Shown: positions 22,000 through 35,711, counted from the whole stretch's first letter. The stretch: 63,948 bases of DNA, filler included, from Folioceros fuciformis (GCA_049999805.1; 9 parts of 9 records of this genome joined end to end with filler, not necessarily neighbours in it); one strand, 5' to 3'. Made by a program: numbers and translations. The notes: generated by a model from the letters alone, not told the origin.

Positions 22000-24900
22000 C
22001 TCCACACCTTGAGATACCGCATAATTCTTTTAAGTGCTACCCAGTGATCCCTTCCTGGGTTCTCAGAGAATTACGCAACATCATTAACAGTGTTAGATAT
22101 GTCTGGTCTTGTCCAATTGCTTAGAAACATGAGGGTGCCAACCGCCATATGATAAGGCACACTCTCCATTTCCTTTTTCTCTTCGTCAGACTGTGGACAA
22201 GAAGATGAGGAGAGCTTAACACCAACAGCACTTGGAGTGACAGCTGCTCATGCATTCTCCAAGTTGAACCTCTTGAGCATCCCGGCTACATATCGACCTT
22301 GATGAAGGTAGATTGCTCCAGTGGACCTATCTTTGTGTACGTGCATTCCAAGGATGTATTTAACTTGACCCAGATCTTTCATTTCAAATTCTTTGCTGAG
22401 ATCAGCCTTGATTTGGTTAACGAGCTCCACATTATTACCGGGGATAACTAAGTCATCCACATATAACGCTATTAAAACAAGTGAGCTGTCCTTTTGTAGC
22501 ACATACAAGTTAGTATCTGCTTCGCTTTGCACGAAGCCAATCTTCTCAAGATAAGAGTCAATTCTCTTGTACCACAATCGAGGACTTTCTTTGAGCCCAT
22601 AAATAGAACGAAGGAGTTTACACACCTTTTGTGGGAATCTCTTATCCTGATAATCCTCAGGTTGATCCATGTAGATCTCTTCTTCCAAGTGACCATAGAG
22701 GAAGGCTGTACAAACGTCCAACTGATAGATGTCCACGTTAAGTTCTGCACATAAAGCAAGGAGCATCCTTATCGAAGCTGCTTTGATGACAGGTGAGTAG
22801 ACTTGATCGCCTTGATAGTCAACTCCTTCTTTCTGACTATAGCCCTTGGCGACTAGCCTCGCTTTATAACGTATGCGGGGCTCAACCTCTTGAAACTTTG
22901 TTTTGAGTACCCACTTGCACTTGACAGTTGTCCTTCCTGGGGGTAGATCCACTAACGCCCAAGTGTCGTTCTTGACCAAAGAGTTATACTCATCGTCAAC
23001 AGCCAGTTTCCACTTGTTAGCCTCAGGTCTTGCATATGCTTCATGAAGTGTGAGAGGATCTCCCTCTGAAGCAGCAGAACTCATAGCAAACAAATAGGCA
23101 GCTGGATCAAGATCTGTATACCCAGCTTGATTGAACTCCAAGTCAAATGGCTTCTCATGCCAGAGGTGTCTTGGGAGTCGCTGACGCGTAGGGTACCTAC
23201 GCTTAGGAACAAAGACTTCAGGTCTTGGGGGTGATGGTGGCGGTACAGGAATGTCTGGAGCCACACCAACATGTATGTCCCCCAAATCCAAAGGCATCTG
23301 CCCTTGTGCATCATCCATGGGCCGATCATCTTCCCCCTCTCGAGCAGGACCCGGAGGAACCGGAACTGCTTGAGGTAAAGGAGTCATGGCGGGGACAGCA
23401 CCATCAGGAAAAGATGAAGGGCTTAAATGAAAGTGAACAGAAAGACCATTAGTAGAGCTGGGACTAGTGGAGATAGAAGCGAGAGCATCATCCTCATCCA
23501 AAAGCGGACCAGAGGAGAGAATGCTAGCCTCATCGAAAGTGACAATCCGAGCATAAACAAGAGCCCGAGTAGCCACGTCAAGCAACTTGTACACCTTGCG
23601 ATCCTCACCATAACCCACAAACACCAACTTCCGTGCTCGGGAAGAAAGCTTATCACGGAGTGGGGAGGGGACATAGGCATAAGCAGGAGAGCCAAAGATG
23701 CGCAAATGGGTGATCAAAGGCTTGTACCCATGCCAGCACTCAAAGGGAGTATGGCCCACCACGGACTTAGTAAGTAACCTGTTCTTGATGTAGGCTGCCG
23801 TAGAGACTGCCTCAGCCCAGAAAGACTTAGGCAAGTGAGACTGGGCTAACATAGCCCGCGCCATGGCCATAAGGTCGCCATTGGCCTTCTCAGCAGCGCC
23901 ATTCTGAGCAGAAGTGTAGGGAACAGTGAATTGTCTCAAGATCCCTCGCTCCTCACAGTAGACTTTGAACTGATGGTTGTTGAGTTCTTCCGCATTATCG
24001 GATCTAATGCACCACAGCTTGCAACCAGTGTGCAACTTGGCCATAGAAACAAAAGGTGAGAACACAGTTAAGGAGTCACTCTTGAGACGAAGGGGGTACA
24101 CAAAGGAGTAGAGGGAATAATCGTCCACTATCGTCATAAAATGGTGTGCTCCTCCTAAAGAAGTAACAGGGAGAGGTCCACACAAGTCTACGTGAACTAT
24201 CTCCAAAGGTTGAGAAGCCCTATGAGCAGGAAGGCTAGAGTAGGGAGAGCTCCGCTGCTTGACGAGCACACACGCTTCACAAAGAGGTGGTGTCTTAGCC
24301 AAGGAGGGCAACTTATCTCGATGTAAGTCCTGCTGTGTCATGACAAGGAGCTTGGCATGATTGAGGTGCCCAAGTTGATAGTGCCAGAGTTGAGCATTCC
24401 CTGATGGAGGAAGCTGTGGTGGTGAGTCAACCTTAGAAGAGGCTACCACGGCAGCAAGTGTAGGGGTCACATGGGTGCCTGTGAAGATGTAGAGATCACT
24501 TCGGGGCTGCCCTCTGGCAACAGCTTGCCTTGGCTGAGAGGAACGATGGAGGAAACAATCCTCACGTCCAAACTCCAGCCAAAAAGCTCCATCAAGCAGA
24601 AGTTGGCGAACGGATATCAAATTCTTAGCCATCTGCAGGACGTGGAGCACACTGTTTAACACAAGGGAGGAACCATCCTCGAGTGTGAATGTCACGGAAC
24701 CAATTCCAGCAATAGCAAGGCCGAAGTCATCGCCCAACAGCACAAAACGTTGAGTGTCTGTTGTCGCCGTGTATGCTGTAAACATGTGCTTGGAGCTGTA
24801 GACATGGGCAGTGGCCGCGGAGTCCAGCAAACATGAGGTCCTGAACTCTGAAGCTACCAAGCACACGGTTAAAGCAAACTCAGACTTGGACGGGTTCTTG

Positions 24901-25854
24901 GCCTTGGAGACGACACCTGTATTGGCAATCTTGATCTCACGCTTGGCCTCATCGGCTTGCTTCTTCCTGCACTCCCGCTCCCAGTGGCCAGGTGACTGAC
25001 ACCAGTTGCACATCCCTTGACGTTTCGCAGGCTTGGAGTAAGAAGAGGCAGAAGAAGCAGCCTTTGATGTGCCGGAGTTGATGTTTCTCCGAGGGTTATG
25101 CCCTCTCTTCTGTTGTTGATTTTGTGACCGTCCTCGAGTCACAAACATCACTCGGTCTCCACCATGTTTAGATGTGCCGGAGTTGAAGCGGGATGCCTCC
25201 TCCTGAAAGAGTGCACTATCCAGCTCGGACACAGTGAGGGTGGATTGTCCACCAGCCGCCACTACTCGTTGTGAAGTCCGGACCGACTGGTTTTGCGAAG
25301 AGACGAACGACTGATAACTAGTAGGAAGGCTAGCTAGAAGCTGAACAGCAGCATCAAATTTCAGACATGGTAGTCCCGAGTGCAGCCAATTGTGCCCGAA
25401 GATACCTGAATCGGCTCACGTGATGGGCAATACTATCACCTTGTTGCATCCGAAGAGTGTAAACCTCTTGTCGAACGGTGACTAACGTCATCACATTTGT
25501 TGACTGATAGATGTCATTGATCTGCTTCCAGGCCTCTGCTGGAGTAGTCGCACCATCGGTGTGATGCAAGGTGGTTTCGTCAAGGCTAGAAACCAGCATT
25601 TGCATGGCTTGACGATCCAGCTTGAGCCACGCATCAACCACCGACTGAGGTGCAGTGGGTTTAGGGGAAACACCCTCCACCACTGGGAGAAGATCGCACG
25701 TGTTGAGAGTTGTCTTCATCCGTCAAGACCAAATCTCATATTTGGTCCCATTGAACCTATCTCTCTCTTTGAAATCAGTAGAGACGTTCATAACATTAAT
25801 TATAGGGGCTGGAGATGGCGGAGGTGGCGGTAGTGGTGAAGATCCTCCTGACAT
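22000..25854 (-). mobile_element. Ty1/Copia LTR retrotransposon gag-pol (disrupted; RNase H absent)
   Basis: Gag DRFNGTKYEIW, CNWCQSPGHWEREC knuckle, protease LLDSAATAH, integrase (VHVDLCGP, IRSDNAEE, QNGAAEK), RT (KARLVAKGYSQ, LDVCTAFLYG, LYVDDL) in INT-before-RT order. Stops or frameshifts at ~25723, ~25354 and 22248. Confidence 0.95.
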
Positions 25855-25984
25855 GGTCAAATCCTTGGCTCCACAATTGTGTAAACGAGCAGCGTGTTGT
25901 GACACAAGGCTCAAAAAGACACAAATGTAGTGTGAGCAAAAATTTTCCACAAGAATTCAATGCAATCACAATCACACCAGCCAC

Positions 25985-26799
25985 CTACAACGCATCGGTC
26001 AGTTCCTGTGCTCCAATATTGTTTTCCGGTACGCTCGCCCTATCAAAGCTTGACTCTATGCGCCGAACAATTTCAGCAACGCTCACAAGATTAGTGTTGA
26101 TGTGTGTGATCGACTGCCAAAGATTTTGATAATGGAGAGAGCGTTGCTCAGGAGTAGAAGCTTGGGCCTGGGCTTTGTTGTACTTGAACTCCTTGTAGGC
26201 AGCCTCCAAATTCTCATAGGCAAGAGAGGACGATCTTGGTTTCTCCTTAACAGCTACGAGGGCAGGTTTTGACAATGTCCCTGTGTTGAAATCGTGTGCA
26301 GGAGGCACATTTCGCATAGCCAAAAACCGTCGGAGTTGAGAAGGATGGCCACCAAAATTGCCACTGACATCTGCTGGAAAAGAGCCCAAAAAGGAATTAA
26401 CTGCAATTGGAAAACTAGAATCGGTAGCCCCGTTGGAGGTGACGGGAGTCGCGCCCATTGGTGGAGTAGTCACGCCGTTCCGTTGAACGGGCATCCCGGT
26501 AACCCGTATCGGCGGCAGACCGTTGCGGGGCACCATTTCGCAAACGGGCGCCCCGTTGACTCGAGTCGGTGGCAGCCCGTCGTGGGGCACCGACTCGCGA
26601 ATGGGCGCCCAACTTAAGGGCACCGATTCGCGAGGAGGCCCAGCCCCGCGAGCGATTGCCCAACTTAAGTTGGGCACCATTTCGCTGGGGGTCATGACCC
26701 CTTGCTCGGGCGCGTCTCCTATGCCGCGTGCTCCAATTGCATCCTCGGCGATGGAAACCTCATGGGGCTGGGAATTTGGGCCACCGGCTGTCTCTGCTT
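25985..26799 (-). CDS. Extra ORF (>270 aa, open into the gap) upstream of Copia gag, unknown function
   Basis: Frame is open from the gap at 26799 to the stop at 25985. Pro-rich repeats followed by a helical C-terminus. Confidence 0.5.
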
Positions 26800-27959
26800 N
26801 NNNNNNNNNNNNNNNNNNNNNNNNNNNNNNNNNNNNNNNNNNNTTAATTAATTAANNNNNNNNNNNNNNNNNNNNNNNNNNNNNNNNNNNNNNNNNNNNC
26901 CTTATCCCGCTTGGTGAGTCTATCCAGCCTTTCTTCCATCTGAGAAAACAGCAAAGAACCCGTCACCATCCGCCCATTGGAGCGCAGCACATGACACATG
27001 ACACACCCCATCCCACGCCCTGATCACCTCCTGAATGGATGTCCGCAGCACCTGCCTTCCCCCGCCAACATCTTGGTAAAGATCCTCGTAAAGAGTATCG
27101 ACATCGTCGAACAGGTCTTGCAACTCCGCATCAGCTGAATTGCAGGGGCCAAACGACGAGTTGTCAGTCACACCAATGCCCATCATCCCGGAGCACCGCA
27201 GCACACAAAATCGAACTCCGCCTCCTCACCCATTTCCCAATGAGCCCTGAGATCAGGAATGCGCACACAATCCCACCACACCACGGCACCAGCATCGCAT
27301 CCCCTTCCCCCGGGATGCCGCCGAATCCCCAAATCCCAATCTCAATCCCAGCATGGTGCTTCGTCCTTGCTCCTTCCCGCTCGGCCAGGAAGAGAACAAA
27401 AAACTGCTGCGCAAAAGAGGAAACGCGAAGTCGCCAACCCTACAGCCGAAGCCGATCGATCCAACGCACAGCTTCGAGGCCAGATGTGGATTCCCAGTTG
27501 CGCAATCGCAGATGCCAGAGGTTTGGCACACCCGCCCTGGCTCCTCCTTCCCGCCAACCAGGCGAGGCGGGAAGAGCAGCGTAATGGATTGTGCCCCGCT
27601 TTCATGTGTGAACCGGGTCGGGTTAAGAATACAACAACGACTTCAACGAGCTGGACCAACACGGACAAACGGCTGTAATTAAAATTCTATGGATGTGTAA
27701 AATATAAGATACATTTGCCAGTTTGCCAGTTTTCTGTATCGATGTACTTAGGGGTAGTTCGTTTGAGAATGTAACGTCCCCGACTTCTTTATCTGGTTGG
27801 GTCGTTCGTTTGTGCAAGTAAGGTCGAGGAAGCAGGTCCCCACCAGCCACCCAGACTACTCACTCGGTCCCACAGGTAGGTAGGTCTGCATCTCATCTGC
27901 AGGCGTTGCCCTATTTAATTCTATGGGCATATAGCAGGCAGGGACGGACGGATAGTGGA

Positions 27960-29362
27960 TCAGAGATACTTGCGAAACCACTCCAGTGTGAGGTCATGTG
28001 CTTCCTCTGCTGCCTTCACTTCCCTCTCATTCGTTGGGTCGTACTTCGTTGTCCATCCATGCTTCTCCGGGAAGATCTTCACGAAAATGTCCAATTTCTG
28101 CAAACCGCCACTCCAGGTGTTGAATGCAGTGTGCAATGCAAATAAACCTGCTAGAAAGGAACCTGTCACCTGGGAGGGCGAAGTGCGTCACCTGAGCCCT
28201 GAGTCCGTCGATGATAGGCAGGTGTTTCTCGACGCCGTCTGTAGGAGATGCCAGAATCGACGTCGGGACCTTCAACCCTGAACCCCCACCAGCGGAAGGA
28301 ACAACATGAGCTACAGCAGCACCATCTACCCATCTCCCCCTGCTGCAGAGACCACAGGTAATAAGCTAAGCTAAGCTATCCATTCGTCACCTTCATAGTC
28401 TGAAACTATGAGAAGGGATGGATGCAGCGCCACGATGGCAGCGGGGCCATCGTCTTCAGTTGACGAGGCCACAGCAAACGCCACCTTCCCTGAAAACGAA
28501 ACGGAGGCGACGTCAAGCTGAGTCAAGAAGGCCAAACTTGTTATTGCAAAACAGCTGCTTCTACCTCCCCAGCAGAAACCGGCAACTCCAACGGACTTGG
28601 GAACATCTCCCGTCTTCAGCAGCCTGACGAGCTGCCTCGCGATGTCCAAAGAATGTACCTGGACGAGGCAATTTCCATCGGGGAAAGTTACGAAACTTGT
28701 CACACTCTGCGACACCATCAGCGCCACAGCACAGAACTCTCCTGCACTCCCTCACGGGCCTCACTCACAGGATGATGCAGCTCGAGCCACTTCGCGAAGA
28801 CCTCGGAATTGAAATCCACAGGCTCCTTCAAGTCATCCCCCCGGAAGAAATCAGGCACAACCGCCAGATACCCCTCCCCGGCAATCCTGTCCGCCAGCTG
28901 TCTGCAACGAGACACCGTGCAAAGGAAACGCCATCAACGCCCCGGCTCTCTGCCACGCACCATGCCACGCGCAATTCATCTGAAGTCCACATCTTGCAAC
29001 AACACCGTCCGCAACTTCCACCTCACGCACACTCCCACTCACCTCAAGACAGAATTCTTCCACCCTAAACAGACACAACGCACAACCACAGGGCGTCAGC
29101 CGAGTCTCGAACAGAAAGCCAACACTCTCCGTCCAATGGACAGAGCGTAATGGAATCAACAAAACGCACGGGCGTGCGCATAAACGGATCCAACGGCCTG
29201 TTTACCGAAGACATCATGCACCAGGATGACAGCCTTGGTAGCGTCCGGGGAGCCGCTGATGTACGCGTCCAGATCGAGAATTTTGCCAACATTGCCCTTG
29301 GGTTGGAAGAGCACGGAGGTGGGAGGGTCGCAGCACGCGGGAGTCACCACCCCGCCCGCCAT
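27960..29362 (-). CDS. Dienelactone hydrolase family alpha/beta-hydrolase (plant 'endo-1,3;1,4-beta-glucanase'-like), multi-exon
   Basis: KAVILVHDVFG|WKNSVLR|QLADRIAGEGYLAVVPDFFRG, nucleophile GFCWG, LHPS, HGWTTKY..LEWFRKYL*. Confidence 0.9.
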
Positions 29363-29880
29363 CCTCCCGCTAGCCTTAAACGACAGGCAACAAAAGGGGT
29401 GGTCAAGGTATATGTAGGAAATTCAGACTACTCCACTGTAGGTTATCTCATCTCCACTTTATTGTACAGTATCTGGACGTGGAGGGAAGTATATTCCATT
29501 AGACAGAACTTTTCGTTCTCCCGGACGTTCCCGGAAGCCTCCTGTACAATTGCCAGGCAAAAGATTGGACAATCTCTAGGTAGCAGAGAGCACAATGAGC
29601 ACTCAATGATCTGCTGCACAATCCGGATAATATTATGTAATATTATGTATGTATAAGAAAGGGTATATTATATAATATTATATATCTATAAATAGATTTT
29701 ATTGTATAGTATTATATTATATAATAATTTTTATACCAAAATAATATTATATAATATACCCTTATGTATTAGGATTTAGGGTTTATGGTTTAGGGTAATA
29801 ATACGATAATGCCCCATAATGTTGTATAATATTGCACATATATAAGAAATTCTTGATTGATATGTGACTTTTTTTAATTA

Positions 29881-30035
29881 AAAAACAGATAGAAAGCTTC
29901 ATCTACTCTAAAGATAGGAGGAAATATCTATTATTAAGAAAGAGATAGAAAGTCTCATCTACTCTAAAGATAGGAGGAACAACCTATTATTAAAAAAGAA
30001 ATGAAAAGTCTCATCTACTCAAAAGATAGGAGAAA
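29881..30035. repeat. ~59-bp tandem repeat, 3 units
   Basis: gaaag..tcatctactc.aaagataggag repeated three times. Confidence 0.8.
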
Positions 30036-30458
30036 CAGGGCCAAAAGGCTATTAGCCCCTTTCAACATCATTTTCAAAAACTACCTACTACACCCAAAAT
30101 GTCATCATATGGAAACAGGCTTGTACCAGACCACACTTCTTTTATTCTAATACCTAATTCTTAATTAGGTGCTACAACACATTCCTTAAGAACATAGAAC
30201 ATTCGACATTAGGATTGAATTTGATCTTGAATCACGTTGCTTCACTCCGAGCAAGATGTGTAAAATAGAGACATGTTTTGCAAGTATTGATACTGTTGTT
30301 GTCTGTTCCTTTTTTTTGTTCTTTCTTCTCCATTATAAGAAGGAACTAACCACAGTCTGCAAACTATGATGCTTCATTATAAGAAAGAACTAACCACAAT
30401 CTGCAAGCTATCATGCTTCACTGACGCAATGCGGTAGTAAGGCCATATCATTTGCATG

Positions 30459-33400
30459 CTAGAGTTGATTATCCTTCTCTCGTACAACTTTTGCTTGTAT
30501 AATTGTTGGGTCAATCGCAACCTGTTTAACGCACTGCGCATTATTACTAACACTTTCCTCACTGTTGGTGGTAAGGCTTATCATATTGAAATGCTTTCAT
30601 GACTTTTATTTTCATTGGAAGGGCAATAGCATCAATCGAAACAAGCACCTGGTGTGACAGCTCGATGAATTGCAGCTTATTTTCATTTTGTTTTGTCATT
30701 TTTAAATACTTTTGTCTATGCCAAAGTACTATATCCACATGATGTTGGTAGATCATTGCTAACTCTAGAGCTCTGCGATAATTGCAATATCAGATAAATC
30801 ACATCTACGTTGGATAACAAATTAGATTTGCATTGAAAAGTAAATTCTAGTTGAAGTAAACTTTTAATCAATCAAAACATAATTTAATTGAAAGCATTAT
30901 TTCATTGAAGATGAAGTACCTTTCCCAATTGAAAAGTCTTAAATGCATGCTTATGGCATAGTAAGTAAGACCAGCTTGCAAGAGAATAGACTCTGCCTCT
31001 TCTGGTCTCCTTTTAAACAAAGCAATCTCGGCTTGGCGAGCTTCCTCTGAGCTCAAGGTCTTAAGGTGGACAATGTAGTCCACTTTGTCAACCTAAGTAA
31101 CATAAGCTAAAATAATAATCATCGTCACAACATTTGTGAAATATAAACTTATCAAACTTTGTAGATATACCTCATCAAGAGCTGCGTAAGCATATTCAGC
31201 TGTGTTTAACTCCCTCGCATTCATTGCCATGCCTGCTAAACACGCCCATAGAAGATTTTCCTAACACGGCGAATGGTAATGCTAGGTTATCGTTTTGGAT
31301 ACATGAAATGTTTTGGATACAGGAAGAATATGTTTTTTTTGGGTGTTACCTTCGCATATCTACAAAGGCTCAAAGCTTGCTCCCATTGTTTTGCTGCAAC
31401 ATGGTCACTGAGCAACAAAGGAGAAGGCAGAACAATGGTTGGATACGAGGCCCCGTCGGCAAGTCTAATGTTACAACTTGACTTGTGAAAGCTTTGGATT
31501 CTTGCATTCTTTCCTAACATGCTGTTGTCAAAAAGCATAGTAATGAGACTTAAAAGTGAAGTAAAGACGTTCAAGTATTGAAACAACAACTAGATGATTG
31601 TGTTAGTTGGAGTGTTTACCGTTCCTTTGAGAGCTTAATAAACCCCAAAAGATCCTTATCAACATAAGCTGCTTCTGGGTAATACCAAAGAACAACCTTG
31701 TGATCCACAACGGCTGCTACAATATCAAAAGTATCACTCCACGTAGTTGTCTCCACCATTGCTGCTAATTTGAAAAGCATGGGCCTCTAAATTCCAAGTT
31801 CTTACATCAATGCGATTTCGAAAAAGGATAGCAAAGTAGAACAATTTGCTCACTCTCCAATAACCCACCTGCACCGGTGTTATGAATAAGTCATTGTTGC
31901 AATCAATGAAGACTAGTTTCCGAGTGAATAATGAGCCCAATTGGCTTAGCGACATGTCTACAATGTCCAATGCATGTCGAAGGAACTCTGCTGCAACTTT
32001 TCCTGTACTTGGATCGAGGTACCTAACCGCTATGTATAGCTCGAGTCTTAGGTCATAAGCTTTTGCGACAAGATTAACAATAACAAGAAATGCGTTTTAA
32101 CAATGGTACTCACTTCTTGAGTCGTAGGATTCCACCATGGCTATGACATCATTAGCCACACTAATATTTCGATCATTCAAAGTTTCTATCCTCAATCCTG
32201 TTGCATGTTCCCCATGTTGTGGATTGTAAGGAACATTGCATTGTTCAAATACATGAAGAACCCTTGGTGAACACATTTGTACCTTGAAATTTTGGGTTAC
32301 ATATGTGTCGTCCCTCGTAATTGTAGACTTGCAGACCTGAAAAGCATAGTACCATCAAAAAATAACTTTGGCATTGCTTGATTAGAAGTACGGTGTCCTT
32401 CATATCAAATATGTGTGGAGTGTTCCAGTTCGTTGTGGAATATATACAATACTGCATTCAATATCAAAAAAATGATATGTGAATAAAATTAGATTTTAGT
32501 ATCACATTTGTCATCATAATTTTTTTTTTCATCGTCCCAACAATATTCACACATAGGTATATATGTTCTCAATGAATGAAATGGAATACCTGATTTGTGG
32601 TTGCAACAATTAGATGATCAAAACCCATATTAATTTTGACAATGCGGTCTCTAAAATCTAACTCTTCATAAATCTCACTTACGACATCCTGATAGTACAA
32701 ATTTTTTTCAGTATTTAATTGTTACATTTTAGAAAAGTATCTAAAAATAAAAACCAAATTGAACTCCACCTGGATTCGTATTTTCTTCGAATCATCAAGA
32801 GTAGCTATAATCCTTCCCCATTGTACNNNNNNNNNNNNNNNNNNNNNNNNNNNNNNNNNNNNNNNNNNNNTTAATTAATTAANNNNNNNNNNNNNNNNNN
32901 NNNNNNNNNNNNNNNNNNNNNNNNNNAGTTATGTATACAACATATGTTATATGAATATTATTCAAAAAGAGATGAAAATTTCATCTCCCCCAAAGATTAT
33001 GAGAAACAATCTGAAGAGAGCCAAAAGCCAAAAAGTAGGACTAGCCTCCTCCAATATCATTTCTAAAACTACCTATAATATATTATCTAATACAATATAC
33101 TATGGTGAAATATGGACACATATGAGAAACTTACACATCCAGAATTTGCCAGAGTAAGATGGATCCAGTGCCCGCAGCTCCTGCAATTTGTGTGCCATCT
33201 GTGCTCCATGCAATATTAAGCAATGATCCATTCTCAACTCTCTCCTTAGAGTGCACCCACTACAATGTAATCCAAGGTCGTTAAGCTCATGTTACCGATT
33301 TGAAATAAGGACTAACAAACAAGGAATGTTCAGTAAAACATACCCCTGTTCTGTCACACAAGAAAATAGAGTCGAAGGAGCCAACGGCAAAGCACTCTCC

Positions 33401-35091
33401 AGAAGGGCACCATGCTATAGAGGTAATGGTGCTCCCTGTTATGGGGCTTTTGTACAACAATCTCCCATTACAATCCCAAACCTGTAGACTTGTTAGCATA
33501 AAAATAGTAAACCATCAGTATCAGTATCAGGATAAGAATGGTTATTGTTATGACCTTGTAGTGGCAGTCTTCGCCTCCTGATATTATACAGTTATTCAAG
33601 AGATTCCAATCTACTGCCAAAACCAAACCATTGTGGCCCGTCCATTGTATTTGCTTAGATGACGACTGTAGATAATCACAAAGTTAGTGTAACCATAGCA
33701 ATTTATCAGTGGACACGAGCAATGATAATAGTAGCTTGGTCTAGTTTACCTATACCCTTTTATGCTCTAGATATTGAAGTCAAAATGTGCTTTAACACCT
33801 GAATTTGTTTGATTATGAGGTCATGCCCACAAGAAAACAAGAGTTGATCAGATTTCGGCCCCCAAGCAAGTGCATAGATTGATTGCTCTGCATAGGATTT
33901 GAAACATTTGAGAAGCTATCTTGACTTAAATGCAGTGGCATGTTTCCGTCCAGTGGGTTACTCTCTAATGACTCACCATTACGTGCAAGAGTTGAACGAT
34001 GCATCCCAGTACTAGACCATATTTTTACCAACCCATCTTCTCCTCCAGTGGCAATAGCTGTGCCTGTGTAATACCACCATGAAAGGATTAGAAGCTTAAA
34101 GTTCAGTATCCTCTAGTACAAGAGCTTAAAAGTGACAGCACCTTCAAAATTCCATCGCAAGCTTATGACAGCCCCTTCATGGGCTTCCACCTTTTCTTTA
34201 ACTCCCATTCTTCCAACAATATGAAACGTACCTACAAGTGCAAGTCTACAATTATCAAAAGATTATGTAGTTTTTAATCCTTCGTTCTCACTCGATAAAA
34301 GAACTAGAGTATTGAATCAAAGAAGTACCATTGGTGCAAGCAACCACAAAACATTGACAGCTAGTGCCACCACCAGCTCGTTGTGATATAGAAGGAATCC
34401 ATTGCACGCAGGTGAAACATGTCTCCAATGAAAGTACCTGGGTTGCAACACTTTGATTTTATCATTATTCTAATCAAGCAGCTTAATCTCTAGATTTGTA
34501 TTACTATTCTTTTGCATATTTGTGAACAAAATGGAAAATTGATGTCAAAAGTTTTGAGACTCACTTTATCAATTGGTTCACCATTCCTACTCCATCGCCA
34601 GATAGTTTGATCATCACTACAAGTAAACAATTCATTGGAAAGATTCCAACCTACAACAACAATCAAGTCGTTGTCTAGAACACAAATTGGTTAAAGTTAA
34701 CCATGTTTTGAAAGTTGTTGAGAGATTTAGCTACAAGATCTCATGTATTAACCAGTTATGCACTTTACTCATCTCCTAATTATGCAATGTGGCAATGGGG
34801 TTCACTCTTTGGAAAATTTTTGAAGACAATTAGTCTCCCACCAAGCCAATGTCAAGATTGATCAAGATCAAGATTGAAATCAAAACCCGAGAATGCAATT
34901 TCATATTTCTCTTCAAACAACCTTACAAACATGAATTGTGTTTGCAATGCTAGGCACCCATAAAACACACTACATTTTAGGAGTGGATTCTAAGAGCTTA
35001 AGATTTTCAAAGTAACCCATCAACAAAAACACCCAACAATTCAACAGTGGATACGAGGAGCTTTAGATGTGGGAAGTAGTGATAACTTCAT
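30459..35091 (-). CDS. IFT80: Intraflagellar transport protein 80 (WD40 + TPR-like), many exons, spans one gap
   Basis: [144 protein letters not shown]. Confidence 0.93.
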
Positions 35092-35711
35092 GCCTTATGA
35101 GTGTTCAAAGAGTGGACTTCTAAAGTGAGAGCTTAGAGTAGAGTCCAAAGTTCACTACCCATTGATGTGTCCATGTTTGGTGGGAAAATAAAAAGCTTGA
35201 TATATAAATTCATATTAAATATAAATATATTTTGGTAAACATTGTTCCTTAGTAGTAGTAGCAGTGATCGCAATTTAGGGTGCTATTAGTGGGTACCATT
35301 CTATTATAACTATTTTAATTTATTTAATAAAAATATTTTAATATTTTTTAATCTAAATATTTAGGGACAATACAGGGGACCAACTCATGGGTGCTGGAAT
35401 GGAGAGTTCCAAAAGAAGCCCCACCACATCTCTATGCTTTCTTATCACTCAAATAAAAAAATAATACAAACAATTTATAATAAATTAATAATATTAAAAT
35501 AAAAATATTTTTAAAGTATAGATTAGTATGTAAAGGACAATTACTAGCCAAAGAAATTTTAGCTCAGTTTGTATACATTTTAGTCGTGTAACAATCAATC
35601 AATCAACCCGGGTCTTTTTTTGAATAATGTGCACTAATACATTTCTCAATTTGGATGCGTCTGGACTTGAAGACTTGGTTTCTGAACTAACGGCGTCAGG
35701 CGAAGCACGTC

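Noticed and set aside
30459-35091. Horizontal transfer or contamination as the cause of the AT-rich block
   Set aside because: It is an intron-rich, ancestral eukaryotic gene, and both outer ends are contiguous with plant genes without a gap. Vertical inheritance is simpler.
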